This document shows, in pieces, positions 47,811-57,656 of a DNA stretch of 64,000 nt (its first letter is position 1; each line of letters begins with the position of its first letter). The notes under the pieces were generated by a model. That model did no database searches. It worked only from the letters and a program-made list of their open reading frames with translations, and was not told the DNA's origin. The position numbers and the translations under genes are program-made. Origin of the DNA: Granulosicoccus sp. (GTDB lineage: Bacteria; Pseudomonadota; Gammaproteobacteria; Granulosicoccales; Granulosicoccaceae); NCBI GenBank assembly GCA_023301795.1, contig JALZVU010000125.1:9052-73051 (forward strand). Reading direction: 5' to 3'.

Positions 47811-48701
47811 ATGACTGCGTTTCCCCACAATGCCCTCCCGCCAAAGAAGTTTAAAACCATCAAAGGCAAGAAGATGGCCTATGTGGAAGTGGGCGAAGGT
47901 GAGCCGATTGTCTTTTTGCATGGCGTGCCAACGTCTTCATATCTATGGCGCAACGTAATGCCATACCTTGAGGGGCAAGGCCGTCTGATCGCACCTGATC
48001 TCATCGGTATGGGGGATTCGGAAAAACTCGACAATACCCGCGATGGCAGCTATTCGATTCCGACGCATGCAGAGTACCTTTTTGCACTGCTTGAGGAGTT
48101 GGACTGCACGAAGAACGTCACGCTGGTGTTGCACGATTGGGGCTCAGGCCTTGGCTTTCACTATGCAAACACTCATCGGGATGCGATTAAGCGCATTGCC
48201 TTCATGGAGGCAATCCCCGCTGTCTTTCAAACAATGGGAGACTTCCCCAAAGGTATTCAGGAAGTGATAGGCACGCTACGCTCTGGTGAGGGTGACAAGA
48301 TGGCACTCGAAGACAATTTCTTTATCGAGACGCTTCTGCCGGCTGCGATTCTGCGCGAACTGACACCAGAAGAGCACGCTGAATATCGCCGCCCTTTTCT
48401 CAACCCAGGTGAAGATCGCCGCCCCACCCTCGATGGCCCACGTAATCTCCCCATTGACGGCACGCCAGAATCCTCAATTGCCATCATCGACGCTTACGGT
48501 AAATATCTTGCCCAATCAACTGATTTGCCAAAGCTGTTCATCAACGCAGATCCGGGCGCATTTCTGGTCGGCATGGCCCGCGAATTTGTGCGTACATGGC
48601 CATATCTGGAAGAAGTCACCGTTTCAGGTGCACATTTCATTCAGGAAGATAGCCCTAACGAAATTGGCCACGCGATTCTGTCGTGGATGTCGCGAACATA
48701 A
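47811..48701 (+). CDS. Haloalkane dehalogenase-like alpha/beta hydrolase (HLD-II/DhaA-LinB-like)
   Basis: Aligns by eye along its whole length to DhaA as I recall it: 'FLHGVPTSSYLWRN', 'APDLIGMGDS', 'LVLHDWGSGLGF', 'FMEA', 'GAHFIQEDSP'. Confidence 0.8.
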   Translation: MTAFPHNALPPKKFKTIKGKKMAYVEVGEGEPIVFLHGVPTSSYLWRNVMPYLEGQGRLIAPDLIGMGDSEKLDNTRDGSYSIPTHAEYLFALLEELDCTKNVTLVLHDWGSGLGFHYANTHRDAIKRIAFMEAIPAVFQTMGDFPKGIQEVIGTLRSGEGDKMALEDNFFIETLLPAAILRELTPEEHAEYRRPFLNPGEDRRPTLDGPRNLPIDGTPESSIAIIDAYGKYLAQSTDLPKLFINADPGAFLVGMAREFVRTWPYLEEVTVSGAHFIQEDSPNEIGHAILSWMSRT

Positions 48702-48739
48702 CTCCGACAGCGCCTGGACAAGATTAAGACGAATCCAAT

Positions 48740-49402
48740 TCAAACGTCGCTTTCAGCAATTTGTAAAAATTCAGTCCATTCAGTCGATAAAAGTATATGA
48801 CCGGCAATGCGATCATAACCCCGATCATGCGGATGTAAGCCATCTCCATCGCGCAGCGCTTGAGTGTATACAAGATCTGATAACAGCTTACTAGTGAGGC
48901 GTAAAAATGGGATTCCCATATTTTCACAAGCCAACGCCAAAAGCTCGTTTATTGTCACAAGATGTTGAAGAACCACAGCACCTTTAATACCATCTCGATG
49001 TACAAACTCCGGTAGCACAGGCGCAGGCTCTACCACCAACAATGCGCCATAGGATTGGGCCTGCGTCAGAGTGCTTTCTAGATCTGCAGTTATCGAATCA
49101 AGCTCTAGCGGCATTGTGTTTATTTGAGCAGCAGCACGCAACGCATTGTTAACGCCGATCATAATAACCACTCCACGCCCTTCCTTGCCTGCAAGCCGTG
49201 ATTTCAATTCAGGCGCAACTCGGCCTGCCACATCACTGACTAGATCACCCCCGACGCCCAAGTTGTAGCATTGCGTTTTCGCTGGAATGGGAGACCCTAG
49301 CTCACACAACCTTGATGGCCAACCGCGCGCTTGCGAATCGCCATCGCCAACGGTGATGCTGTCACCCACAAACGCAAGTCGCAACTTACTAGCAATAGTC
49401 AT
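48740..49402 (-). CDS. SGNH/GDSL-family hydrolase
   Basis: Block I 'FVGDSITVGDGD', block III 'IMIGVNN', C-terminal 'DGLHP'. Confidence 0.8.
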   Translation of the reverse strand: MTIASKLRLAFVGDSITVGDGDSQARGWPSRLCELGSPIPAKTQCYNLGVGGDLVSDVAGRVAPELKSRLAGKEGRGVVIMIGVNNALRAAAQINTMPLELDSITADLESTLTQAQSYGALLVVEPAPVLPEFVHRDGIKGAVVLQHLVTINELLALACENMGIPFLRLTSKLLSDLVYTQALRDGDGLHPHDRGYDRIAGHILLSTEWTEFLQIAESDV

Positions 49403-49411
49403 TGTCTAACA

Positions 49412-50404
49412 TCATCTGATAGATTCTAACGGGATGTGACACGCTACACGCCCACCCGCTGGTTGAGCTTTAAGTATCGGGGCCGCGCTTTTGCACAAGT
49501 CATTGGCATAAACACAACGAGGGTGAAAAGCACACCCGGAGGGTATTGCACGTGCTGACGCTACCTCCCCTGGTAACACCACTCGCGATTTCTGATCGTT
49601 AGTGTGTGATGGTAATGCCGACAACAACGCTTGGGTATAGGGATGTTTTGGTGAAGCAAAAAGCTCTGCGGTGGTATTTTCTTCGACTATATTGCCCAGG
49701 TACATGACAGCCACCCGATCGGCACTGTACCTGACCACGGCAAGATCATGCGTGATTAACAAGTAGGTTAGTCCAAGCTCTTGCTTCAGGCTTTGGAACA
49801 AATTCAATATCTGCGCAGCAACCGACACATCAAGTGCTGATACAGGCTCATCTCCAATGATCAATCGAGGCTGCACTGCCAACGCACGCGCGATACCAAT
49901 GCGTTGTCGTTGACCACCTGAGAACGCATGTGGGTATCGGTTCATGGCTGTTTTCTGCAAACCCACACGATCTAATAGTTCCTCAACCATTTTGGTCGCC
50001 TCTGCACCTCGGGCAATATTAAAATTTCTGAGTGGCTCCGCCAGAATTTGCTTGACCGTCATGCGTGGATTAAGCGAGCTGTAGGGATCCTGGAAAATTA
50101 ATTGCACATCTCGCCACAATGCCTTGCGGGCGCGTCCACGCAAACGATCAACATCAAGGATGTTTCCATCACGTGTGCGCAGTGAAATCTGACCAGCACT
50201 GGGTGAAATAGCGCCAGTGATCAACTTGGCCGCAGTTGATTTCCCACAACCCGACTCCCCCACTAGTGCCGTTGTCTGTCCCTCATGAATCATAAGAGAA
50301 ATTCCATTTACAGCACGCACAGGCTCTACCGCAGGTCGCAGAAAACCTGAAGATTGTGTGAAGTGCTTTTCAACATTCACCAAGCTGAGTAGCGGCTCAT
50401 TCAT
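49412..50404 (-). CDS. Opp/Dpp-type ABC ATP-binding protein (OppF-like)
   Basis: 'GESGCGKST', 'FSGGQRQRI', 'IIGDEP'. ATG 50404 ('MNEPLLSL') overlaps the upstream stop by 8 nt. The tracked N-terminal extension lies inside the upstream gene. Confidence 0.9.
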   Translation of the reverse strand: MNEPLLSLVNVEKHFTQSSGFLRPAVEPVRAVNGISLMIHEGQTTALVGESGCGKSTAAKLITGAISPSAGQISLRTRDGNILDVDRLRGRARKALWRDVQLIFQDPYSSLNPRMTVKQILAEPLRNFNIARGAEATKMVEELLDRVGLQKTAMNRYPHAFSGGQRQRIGIARALAVQPRLIIGDEPVSALDVSVAAQILNLFQSLKQELGLTYLLITHDLAVVRYSADRVAVMYLGNIVEENTTAELFASPKHPYTQALLSALPSHTNDQKSRVVLPGEVASARAIPSGCAFHPRCVYANDLCKSAAPILKAQPAGGRVACHIPLESIR

Positions 50405-51383
50405 GAATGTGACACCTTGCCAAGTGCTGATTAGCAACAACATGCACGCTTGGAATTCTAGTCTTGCACTGATCACCAGCATACTCGGGACAACGAGGGT
50501 GGAAAGTACAGCCTTGTGGTCTGGCGGCCAGATCTGGCACCGCACCTTGCAGGCTTGCAAGCTCAGACCCTGGTTCTGCAAAGGCTGGAAGCGCACCCAA
50601 CAATGCACGTGTATAAGGATGGGCAGGTTTTCTCAACACATGCCCTGCCAACCCATATTCTATTGATTGACCTAAATACATCACCATCACCCGATCCGCA
50701 ATCTCACTGACAAGGCCAATGTTATGAGAAATAAAAATCATACCCATCTTCATATCTTGTTGTAATTTCATCAAGAGATCCACCACTTGCGCTTCAGTGG
50801 TTGCATCCAGAGCGGTTGTTGGCTCATCGCATATCAACAAACGGGGTGAACACGATAACGCCATGGCAATCATGGCTCGCTGACGCATCCCACCTGATAG
50901 TTGATGGGCATATTGCTCAGCGATAATTGCGGGACTGGCCATACCAACTTGATCAAGCAATTCAATAGCACGTGCAAGTGCTGCACGCTTGTTCAGATCC
51001 GTGTGCTGGCGCAGGGTGGTCACTATTTGGTTGCCAATGGTGTGAACCGGGCTTAGGCTTGCCATTGGCTCTTGAAAAATCATCGCTATCTCAGCGCCAC
51101 GCAATTTTCGAATCGCTCTGCCATTTTTCGGCAAGTCAGTGATGGTTATCGCATCTCCCTCTTCGGGCTGGTAACTGATTCGCCCACCTGTTGTCTTTCC
51201 ACCTGACGGTAATAGCCCAAGAATAGCGCGTGCTGACAGTGACTTACCAGAACCGCTTTCACCAACAATGCCTAAGGTCTCACCTGTGCCAACCGAAAAA
51301 CTAATACTATCCACAGCCGGCAAGACAAGCTCTCTCAAATCAAAGCCAATCGACAAGTCTTCAACAGTGACAAGATCTTTCAT
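50397..51383 (-). CDS. Opp/Dpp-type ABC ATP-binding protein (OppD-like)
   Basis: 'GESGSGKS', 'LSGGMRQR', 'LICDEP'. ATG 51383 ('MKDLVTVEDL') lies just after the permease stop. Confidence 0.9.
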   Translation of the reverse strand: MKDLVTVEDLSIGFDLRELVLPAVDSISFSVGTGETLGIVGESGSGKSLSARAILGLLPSGGKTTGGRISYQPEEGDAITITDLPKNGRAIRKLRGAEIAMIFQEPMASLSPVHTIGNQIVTTLRQHTDLNKRAALARAIELLDQVGMASPAIIAEQYAHQLSGGMRQRAMIAMALSCSPRLLICDEPTTALDATTEAQVVDLLMKLQQDMKMGMIFISHNIGLVSEIADRVMVMYLGQSIEYGLAGHVLRKPAHPYTRALLGALPAFAEPGSELASLQGAVPDLAARPQGCTFHPRCPEYAGDQCKTRIPSVHVVANQHLARCHIHE

Positions 51384-51384
51384 G

Positions 51385-52515
51385 TCAGGCTTTCCCGTAG
51401 GGGTCTGAGGCATCACGCATACCGTCACCTAGAAAATTAAAGGCAAGCACAGTGATTACCACAGCTAACCCCGGAATCAACAGCCAGGGGGCCTGACTAA
51501 TCACTTGTAAACTCTGCGCATCTTTCAACAACACTCCCCAACTAACCGCGGGTGGTTGTAATCCAAGTCCAAGAAAAGACAACGCTGTCTCTGCCAGAAT
51601 CATTTCAGGAATCGACAGCGTAAGCGATGCGATGATGTGGCTTGCAAAAGAGGGAACCATATGCCTGAGGATGATACGCATCTCAGACGCACCAGAGAAA
51701 CGTGCAGCCAATACAAAATCCTCCTCCCGTAAAGCCAGGAAGCGCCCTCTTACAACACGTGCAATACCTGTCCAACCAATAACTGACAGAATGACCGTGA
51801 TCATCAGATACGTGATCAAGGGATCCTGACCGGGCGGTACGGCGGCAGCAAGCCCCATCCATAAAGGAATGGTGGGCAGCGATTGTAGGAGATCGATGGT
51901 GCGTTGAACAATGGTGTCTATCCATCCACCAAAATACCCCGACATCCCACCCAAGACGATACCTATTACAAACGACAAAGCCACTCCCACCAACCCAATA
52001 GATAGCGAGACTCTTGCGCCATGAATTATGCGGGACAACACGTCGCGCCCAAGGCTGTCGGTACCCAGCAGAAAAATCGTCGCTTTTCGGTCTGGAGTTG
52101 ACACCCCGAGAAATCGGGTCTCCAACGGCAGGATATTCCACAATTTGTAAGGGTCTGACGGTGCAAACAAGCGAACCGAAAACGTTGTTTGAGGATCCTC
52201 TACGTAGCTTAGTCTGCGCGTAACCGCATCACGCTCTCCTTTCAAGGCACGTACATGTGGCCAAGTGAGCTGCCCTTTAGCATCAAATACATGTACTGCT
52301 TGCGGCGGGACGAGAACATGCCGGCGGTGTATATCACTGTGATCGTAGGGTGAGAAAAACTCTGCAAAAATTGCCAATAGATATAACAGGACAACAATGT
52401 ACAGGCTAATCAGCGCCAGTTTGTGGCGGCGAAACTTCGCCCACCCCAATCGCCAGCCGGAAGCTTCCGCATAGGCTTTTAATGTTTCGGAATCTTGAGG
52501 GATTGCGTTAGCCAT
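51385..52515 (-). CDS. Opp/Dpp-type ABC permease (OppC-like, long N-terminal periplasmic loop)
   Basis: EAA loop 'DFVLAARFSGASEMRIILRHMVP'. Six hydrophobic helices. Confidence 0.85.
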   Translation of the reverse strand: MANAIPQDSETLKAYAEASGWRLGWAKFRRHKLALISLYIVVLLYLLAIFAEFFSPYDHSDIHRRHVLVPPQAVHVFDAKGQLTWPHVRALKGERDAVTRRLSYVEDPQTTFSVRLFAPSDPYKLWNILPLETRFLGVSTPDRKATIFLLGTDSLGRDVLSRIIHGARVSLSIGLVGVALSFVIGIVLGGMSGYFGGWIDTIVQRTIDLLQSLPTIPLWMGLAAAVPPGQDPLITYLMITVILSVIGWTGIARVVRGRFLALREEDFVLAARFSGASEMRIILRHMVPSFASHIIASLTLSIPEMILAETALSFLGLGLQPPAVSWGVLLKDAQSLQVISQAPWLLIPGLAVVITVLAFNFLGDGMRDASDPYGKA

Positions 52516-52517
52516 AA

Positions 52518-53540
52518 CTACGCCTCCTCAAATCTGATTCGCGGATCAACAAGCGTCAGCAAAATATCCGAGATAAGCGTACCGATCAATGTGAACACAC
52601 TGAGAATGAATATAAAACTGCCCGCAAGATACATATCCTGTGAGACTAATGCACGTAGCAACATCGGTCCAGCCATAGGCAAGTTAAGGACAATGGCCGT
52701 GGTAACTGCACCTGAAAACAACTCGGGGATAGAACCACCAATGGTGGATAAAAAAGGATTCAGAGCTACACGTACCGGGTAACGCAGAATCACCCGCCAT
52801 TCCGGCAAGCCTTGAGCGCGCGCAGCCTCCACGTAGGGTTTTTGAAGCTCGTCCAGCACATTGGCGCGCATCTGCCGGATAAGACTTGCAGCACCTGAGG
52901 TGCCCAAAACAATCAGTGGTAACCACATGTGGCTAACAAGATCTTTTACCTTTGCCCACGACCATGGAGCATTAGCGTATTCGGGCGAAAACAAACCTGA
53001 TACATCAGCACCAAACGTATCGTATGCCCACCACATTAATATTAGCGCCAACAGAAAATTGGGAGTCGCTTTACCGACAAAGCCAATAATAGTGGCAATG
53101 TAGTCAAACAGGGAATAAGGGCGGACAGCCGAATAAATGCCGATAGGTAATGCAATAACCCATGTCGCAATCAGGGTTGCCGCGGTGACTACAACGGTTA
53201 GCGCCAGATATTCTCCTATGAGAGAACTCACCGGTACTCGCCATTCAAATGAATACCCAAGGTCTCCGTGCGCCAGCATAGCCCACATCCACTTACCGTA
53301 TTGCACGATGAAGGGTTGATCGAAACCAAAACGTTCTCGCAAACGAGCTACGACCTCGGGATTGTAGTCACCCTCGGCGCCCATCTGGGCCTCTAGCACT
53401 GTTAAGTAGTCACCCGGTGGAAGCTGGATGATGGCAAAAGACACCAACGATACTGCTAGCAACGTGGGTACAAACCACAAGATGCGACGGATAATATAAC
53501 CAGTCAAAAGAGAGCTGCCTTGTAATAATAATGTTAGCAA
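52518..53540 (-). CDS. Opp/Dpp-type ABC permease (OppB-like)
   Basis: 'YIIRRILWFVPTLLAVS' N-terminus and the EAA loop 'PYVEAARAQGLPEWRVILRYPVR'. Confidence 0.85.
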   Translation of the reverse strand: MLTLLLQGSSLLTGYIIRRILWFVPTLLAVSLVSFAIIQLPPGDYLTVLEAQMGAEGDYNPEVVARLRERFGFDQPFIVQYGKWMWAMLAHGDLGYSFEWRVPVSSLIGEYLALTVVVTAATLIATWVIALPIGIYSAVRPYSLFDYIATIIGFVGKATPNFLLALILMWWAYDTFGADVSGLFSPEYANAPWSWAKVKDLVSHMWLPLIVLGTSGAASLIRQMRANVLDELQKPYVEAARAQGLPEWRVILRYPVRVALNPFLSTIGGSIPELFSGAVTTAIVLNLPMAGPMLLRALVSQDMYLAGSFIFILSVFTLIGTLISDILLTLVDPRIRFEEA

Positions 53541-53597
53541 TCACGTTGGACCACCTATCTCAGGTGCTCCAACGCTTGCACTAGATAAAAACAAAAA

Positions 53598-55502
53598 TCA
53601 GTTTTTGATATACAACTGCTCGGTAGGGATAATACCGATATCACGCGTTATATCATCTCTGATAAAGCCTGATGGAAAGTTGCCCATCCTGTTTGATCTG
53701 ATAAACAAGTTAGGCGCTGCCCCAACCACGCCAACCCAGTTCGGTTCTTGAGCATGCATTTCAAGAATGTCTGCGCCCAGAGCCATTGCCTCATCCTGTG
53801 AGCTAGCTGTCAAGGCACCATCAAGTGCTTCCCACACATCGTGAAGCATATGATCTGCCGGAGGGGCTGTGGCAAATTCTTTGCCTCTGCCCAGCCGATG
53901 CTCACCCCATGCAACCCCCCATGGTTGATCCGACAAAGTAGCGGCGTACGAACCTGCATCAATCAGGAAAAAAGCCGCTCGTCCCATGGGCCAATGCCCC
54001 ATCATGATCTCGTTAGCATTGACTCTGTCCAGATAGAGGGTGCGTTCAACAACATCTAGCGATGTCTTTACTCCGATGTCCGTCCAGAACTCACTGATCA
54101 GTTCAAGCATGTTGATGTCTGATGCAAACAATGAGGTAGTTATCACTATTTCTAATGTCTTGCCGTCTGGGCGTTGACGATAGCCATCGCCGCCACGATC
54201 TTTCAACCCAAGACCATCAAGTAATGTATTGGCGCGATCTACATCATACTCAGCCCATTTCCCAACCAGCGCTTCGTTGTATATAGCCGAGCCTTTGGGT
54301 GGGCCTGCCTGCATCGGCGTGGCGAGACCCGCGAACACGATGTCGTTGACGGTTTCGCGATCAATAGCAATGTTCAAGGCTTCGCGAAAATCAGCTTGCT
54401 GGAACAGCTCAGCCATCACCGTGTCAGACGTAGTTTGATTGGGCCAGAGTGTATCCACCTCGAGACCGTTCCAGATCACTACCTCGTAGTCGCCTGCAGC
54501 TTCGTTTTCCTTTAGAAACGGAAAATTACCAACGCCAATGTGTCGTTGCTGCAAATCAATGCGTCCTTGGGCTACCCAGAGATTCAATGTTTCTGCATCT
54601 TGAAATAAATCATGTGAGATCTGATCAATGTATGGCAATTGATTGCCATCGGTGTCCACTGCATAGTAATAGGGATTTCGCTCAAAGATAACTTGCTCTG
54701 CAGGAGGCGGTACCGTTACCGTCCACGGTGATAGCGTAGGCACATCCGGGTTTAACCAAAAACTTTGCGCTTTTCCGCGCCGGCCCCAAAGATCTTCCCA
54801 ACCACCCACTTCAAAGGAGGCTGCAGCTGCAGCTAGTTCATCAGCAGACGCATACTTAGGATGAAACTGACTCAAGTAATGTTTGGGGGATGCCATCCAG
54901 ACATATTCACGCCCCAATCGGGCAATGAACAACGGCGAAGGCTCAGCAAAGCTGACCGTAAACGTCAGATCATCAACAGCCGTGATGACTGCACGAGTGT
55001 CACCCTGAGTCATGAGTGCAGGCCAAGGCCATGGGTTGTCATCGCCTAGAACATCTTCAAAGTAAAACAACACATCTTCTGTGGTCACCAAATGACCATC
55101 CGACCATTTCAAACCTTCTCGAATATGAAAGGTGAATTCTGTGGAGGTTTCATTGGACTCGTACGATGAAGCCCACGCAGGTTCAATATCAAATTGCTCC
55201 GGACCGGTTTGTACAAATCGTACTATTCGCGGCTCCATCAATTTTTGTGGACCACGATCATCCGACGCTCCCTTGAAGGCACGGCGCCATGTGCCGCCAT
55301 AGGTGCCAATCTCATTGTAGGGCGTAATAACTCTGGGAACTTTAGGTAGACGCTCATCGACGTCTGGTAGAGAGCCAGCCTCGACAAGTTCTACCAATAT
55401 CGGGGCTTGTTCAAACGATAGGACTGGCGCGCTAAGCAGCGCAAAAGCCAAACCGATCGGTGTGGCTATCGAACTAAATTTTCGTATTCTTGGGTTGCGC
55501 AT
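53598..55502 (-). CDS. Large family-5 periplasmic solute-binding protein
   Basis: Sec signal peptide. 634 aa with a family-5 SBP pattern. First structural gene after the ROK regulator. Confidence 0.8.
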   Translation of the reverse strand: MRNPRIRKFSSIATPIGLAFALLSAPVLSFEQAPILVELVEAGSLPDVDERLPKVPRVITPYNEIGTYGGTWRRAFKGASDDRGPQKLMEPRIVRFVQTGPEQFDIEPAWASSYESNETSTEFTFHIREGLKWSDGHLVTTEDVLFYFEDVLGDDNPWPWPALMTQGDTRAVITAVDDLTFTVSFAEPSPLFIARLGREYVWMASPKHYLSQFHPKYASADELAAAAASFEVGGWEDLWGRRGKAQSFWLNPDVPTLSPWTVTVPPPAEQVIFERNPYYYAVDTDGNQLPYIDQISHDLFQDAETLNLWVAQGRIDLQQRHIGVGNFPFLKENEAAGDYEVVIWNGLEVDTLWPNQTTSDTVMAELFQQADFREALNIAIDRETVNDIVFAGLATPMQAGPPKGSAIYNEALVGKWAEYDVDRANTLLDGLGLKDRGGDGYRQRPDGKTLEIVITTSLFASDINMLELISEFWTDIGVKTSLDVVERTLYLDRVNANEIMMGHWPMGRAAFFLIDAGSYAATLSDQPWGVAWGEHRLGRGKEFATAPPADHMLHDVWEALDGALTASSQDEAMALGADILEMHAQEPNWVGVVGAAPNLFIRSNRMGNFPSGFIRDDITRDIGIIPTEQLYIKN

Positions 55503-55592
55503 AGTAAAACCTCCAATTCGAAGCGATTCGGCTCTGCACTTGTGCAGGTGAGGACATAGTGCGCGATAAAGTTTCCCAAAACAACTTATATT

Positions 55593-56777
55593 TTATTTTT
55601 CTTCTATATCCCACTCCACCCTATCCTTCCCTTCTAAGCCCTCACTTTCAATTGGAAGCCACGCACCACCGATTGCACTGGCAAGCGTTGAGAGCTGGCC
55701 TTGTATGATTTGAGTTCGTGGCAAGGAGGTGCCTTCTACCTCTATATTGAGCTGCGATGCTAGCCGCTCAGCCAGCGGACCGGCAATACTGTCAGGCAAC
55801 ATGCCGGTTATTACAATCTTTTGCGGCGCAGCTAACAAAAGGAGCATTCGAACAAGCGGGTAGAGCTGCTGCGCTGAACGCTCTAACCACGCTTCAAGCA
55901 AATCATCACCCTCAACTGGATATTTTTTCAAGTCTTCGATGTCCACAACAATGCGACCTGCCGATCGCATCACCGTCACCAGATCGTGAACAGATGGACG
56001 TGGTTGTAGTGGCGGGAACAGCGTGCCCACCTCGCCAGCTATGCCACCCATTCCACGATGCACGCGCCCTGACAACACCAGCCCACATCCTACGCCGTGT
56101 CCCAGATTAATAGCAACCAGGTCATCCAGACTGGAATCCTGACTGGCGTAGATCTCTGCAATCGCCGCGGCATTGGCAATGTTTTCAACAAAAACAGGCG
56201 CTTTGTAGGATTTTGTCAGCCACGTTGCCAGCGAATCGACGTCAAGCCAATCCAACGTAGGGGGAACCACAAAATCATTTGACCACTCTGCGCGCAAGTG
56301 GCCTGGAATCGCCAGGCCAATGCCTGTAAAGCGTAAATTACGAACATTCTGATCCTGCAGCACACTGTCTAGATGGACCATCAGGGCATCTTGCAATGCC
56401 TTGAAACTACGACCTTCAAACGGCAGTTTTCGAACCGCAAGCTGGCGTCCAGCATAGTCCAGCGCAACAACATCCAACCGACCATAGGGTAGCGAGATAC
56501 CAATCGAGACGCCGCCTAGCCCGTTAATGCCTAACGGCTGCGCTGGCTGGCCACGCATCCCTGAGATTCGCTCAAGTTCACGCAATAGACCAAGATCGAT
56601 AAGCTCGCGCACCAGGCGCGAAATCGCACCCGGTGTCAAACCTGTCAGCGGGGCAATATCCGCCCGTGGGATGCTGGCATGACGACGCACCACATCCACA
56701 ACGCGGCGTTCGCTTATGCTCAAATTCAGGGAATTTTCCTTCGTCATATCCTTAGCATTCCGAGGCTGCCTGACCAT
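55593..56777 (-). CDS. ROK-family transcriptional regulator (NagC/Mlc-like)
   Basis: N-terminal wHTH 'RADIAPLTGLTPGAISRLVRELIDLGLL' plus a sugar-kinase-like fold ('GIGLAIPG', 'GHGVGCGLVLSGRVHRGMGGIAGEVG'). I do not see the usual CxCGxxGC zinc motif. The start may be ATG 56747. Confidence 0.8.
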   Translation of the reverse strand: MVRQPRNAKDMTKENSLNLSISERRVVDVVRRHASIPRADIAPLTGLTPGAISRLVRELIDLGLLRELERISGMRGQPAQPLGINGLGGVSIGISLPYGRLDVVALDYAGRQLAVRKLPFEGRSFKALQDALMVHLDSVLQDQNVRNLRFTGIGLAIPGHLRAEWSNDFVVPPTLDWLDVDSLATWLTKSYKAPVFVENIANAAAIAEIYASQDSSLDDLVAINLGHGVGCGLVLSGRVHRGMGGIAGEVGTLFPPLQPRPSVHDLVTVMRSAGRIVVDIEDLKKYPVEGDDLLEAWLERSAQQLYPLVRMLLLLAAPQKIVITGMLPDSIAGPLAERLASQLNIEVEGTSLPRTQIIQGQLSTLASAIGGAWLPIESEGLEGKDRVEWDIEEK

Positions 56778-56879
56778 AGCAATTTTCGATATGGGTCACC
56801 ACAATACACCTCATTAAGTTGACATATTAAATTTAACCGTCAAACTACAACTCTCCTTCCAGCGCTATATCTGAATCTT

Positions 56880-57656
56880 GTGGACAGCCCAACACCGAGT
56901 AAACGCCTCCAACAGGCCACGCTTATCGCGTCAAACGTTGTGTCCATAGCGCAGACCTATTTCAACAACCGAACCCAGCTACTCGTAGATTTCAAAAACC
57001 CTGAGCAATCAGTCACTGAAGCTGATAGAGACGTTGAAACCGCCATTCGCAACACCATGGATAAAGATTTCCCTGGAGAAACAATCGTCGGTGAAGAATT
57101 TGGAGGAGAAACTGATAATAGTTTCTGGACTATAGACCCTATCGATGGCACAGCCAATTTTCTTAATGGTTTGCCTTTTTGGGGAATTGCCATTGGTCAC
57201 ATCAGTAATGGTGTACCAGATCTTGGAGTTATTGTCTTACCCGAGCTGGAAGTGACGGTAACCGCTGAAGACAACGCTCTATTTGTAAATGGCGATCACG
57301 TAGCGCGTTTAATCACAAAGGTTCCAATGGTGTCTCTGGGACAAGCCACCGACGACACTCTTGCCGAGTCATTAGCAATTCATAAGGCATACAGAGATGC
57401 TGGTTTTTCTGTTTGCCATTGGCGAAGCTCAGCGGTATCGCTGGCCTGGACAGCCCTTGGCAAGGTGTCCGGTCACCTGCATCAGAAAACAACCCTTTGG
57501 GATAGCGTGCCAGGTGCTGCACTATGCCGAGCGGCAGGCCTTGACGTGCGAATGAGTCAAGGACCCAAACAGAGTCTGTGGCTCAAAGCTGGCGAACCGG
57601 CAGTGCATGAAGTTGTCGGTCATTGCTGGGAAGATGATCAGACAGGGAGCCAGTAA
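56880..57656 (+). CDS. Inositol monophosphatase-family phosphatase
   Basis: 'GEEFGG', 'WTIDPIDGTANF' and 'WDSVPGA' motifs. GTG start. Confidence 0.85.
   Translation: MDSPTPSKRLQQATLIASNVVSIAQTYFNNRTQLLVDFKNPEQSVTEADRDVETAIRNTMDKDFPGETIVGEEFGGETDNSFWTIDPIDGTANFLNGLPFWGIAIGHISNGVPDLGVIVLPELEVTVTAEDNALFVNGDHVARLITKVPMVSLGQATDDTLAESLAIHKAYRDAGFSVCHWRSSAVSLAWTALGKVSGHLHQKTTLWDSVPGAALCRAAGLDVRMSQGPKQSLWLKAGEPAVHEVVGHCWEDDQTGSQ

Noticed and set aside
48409-48894. 161-aa ORF spanning the end of the dehalogenase-like gene and the start region of the SGNH gene
   Set aside because: It overlaps two well-supported genes (an alternate frame of one, antisense to the other) and carries no recognisable domain.
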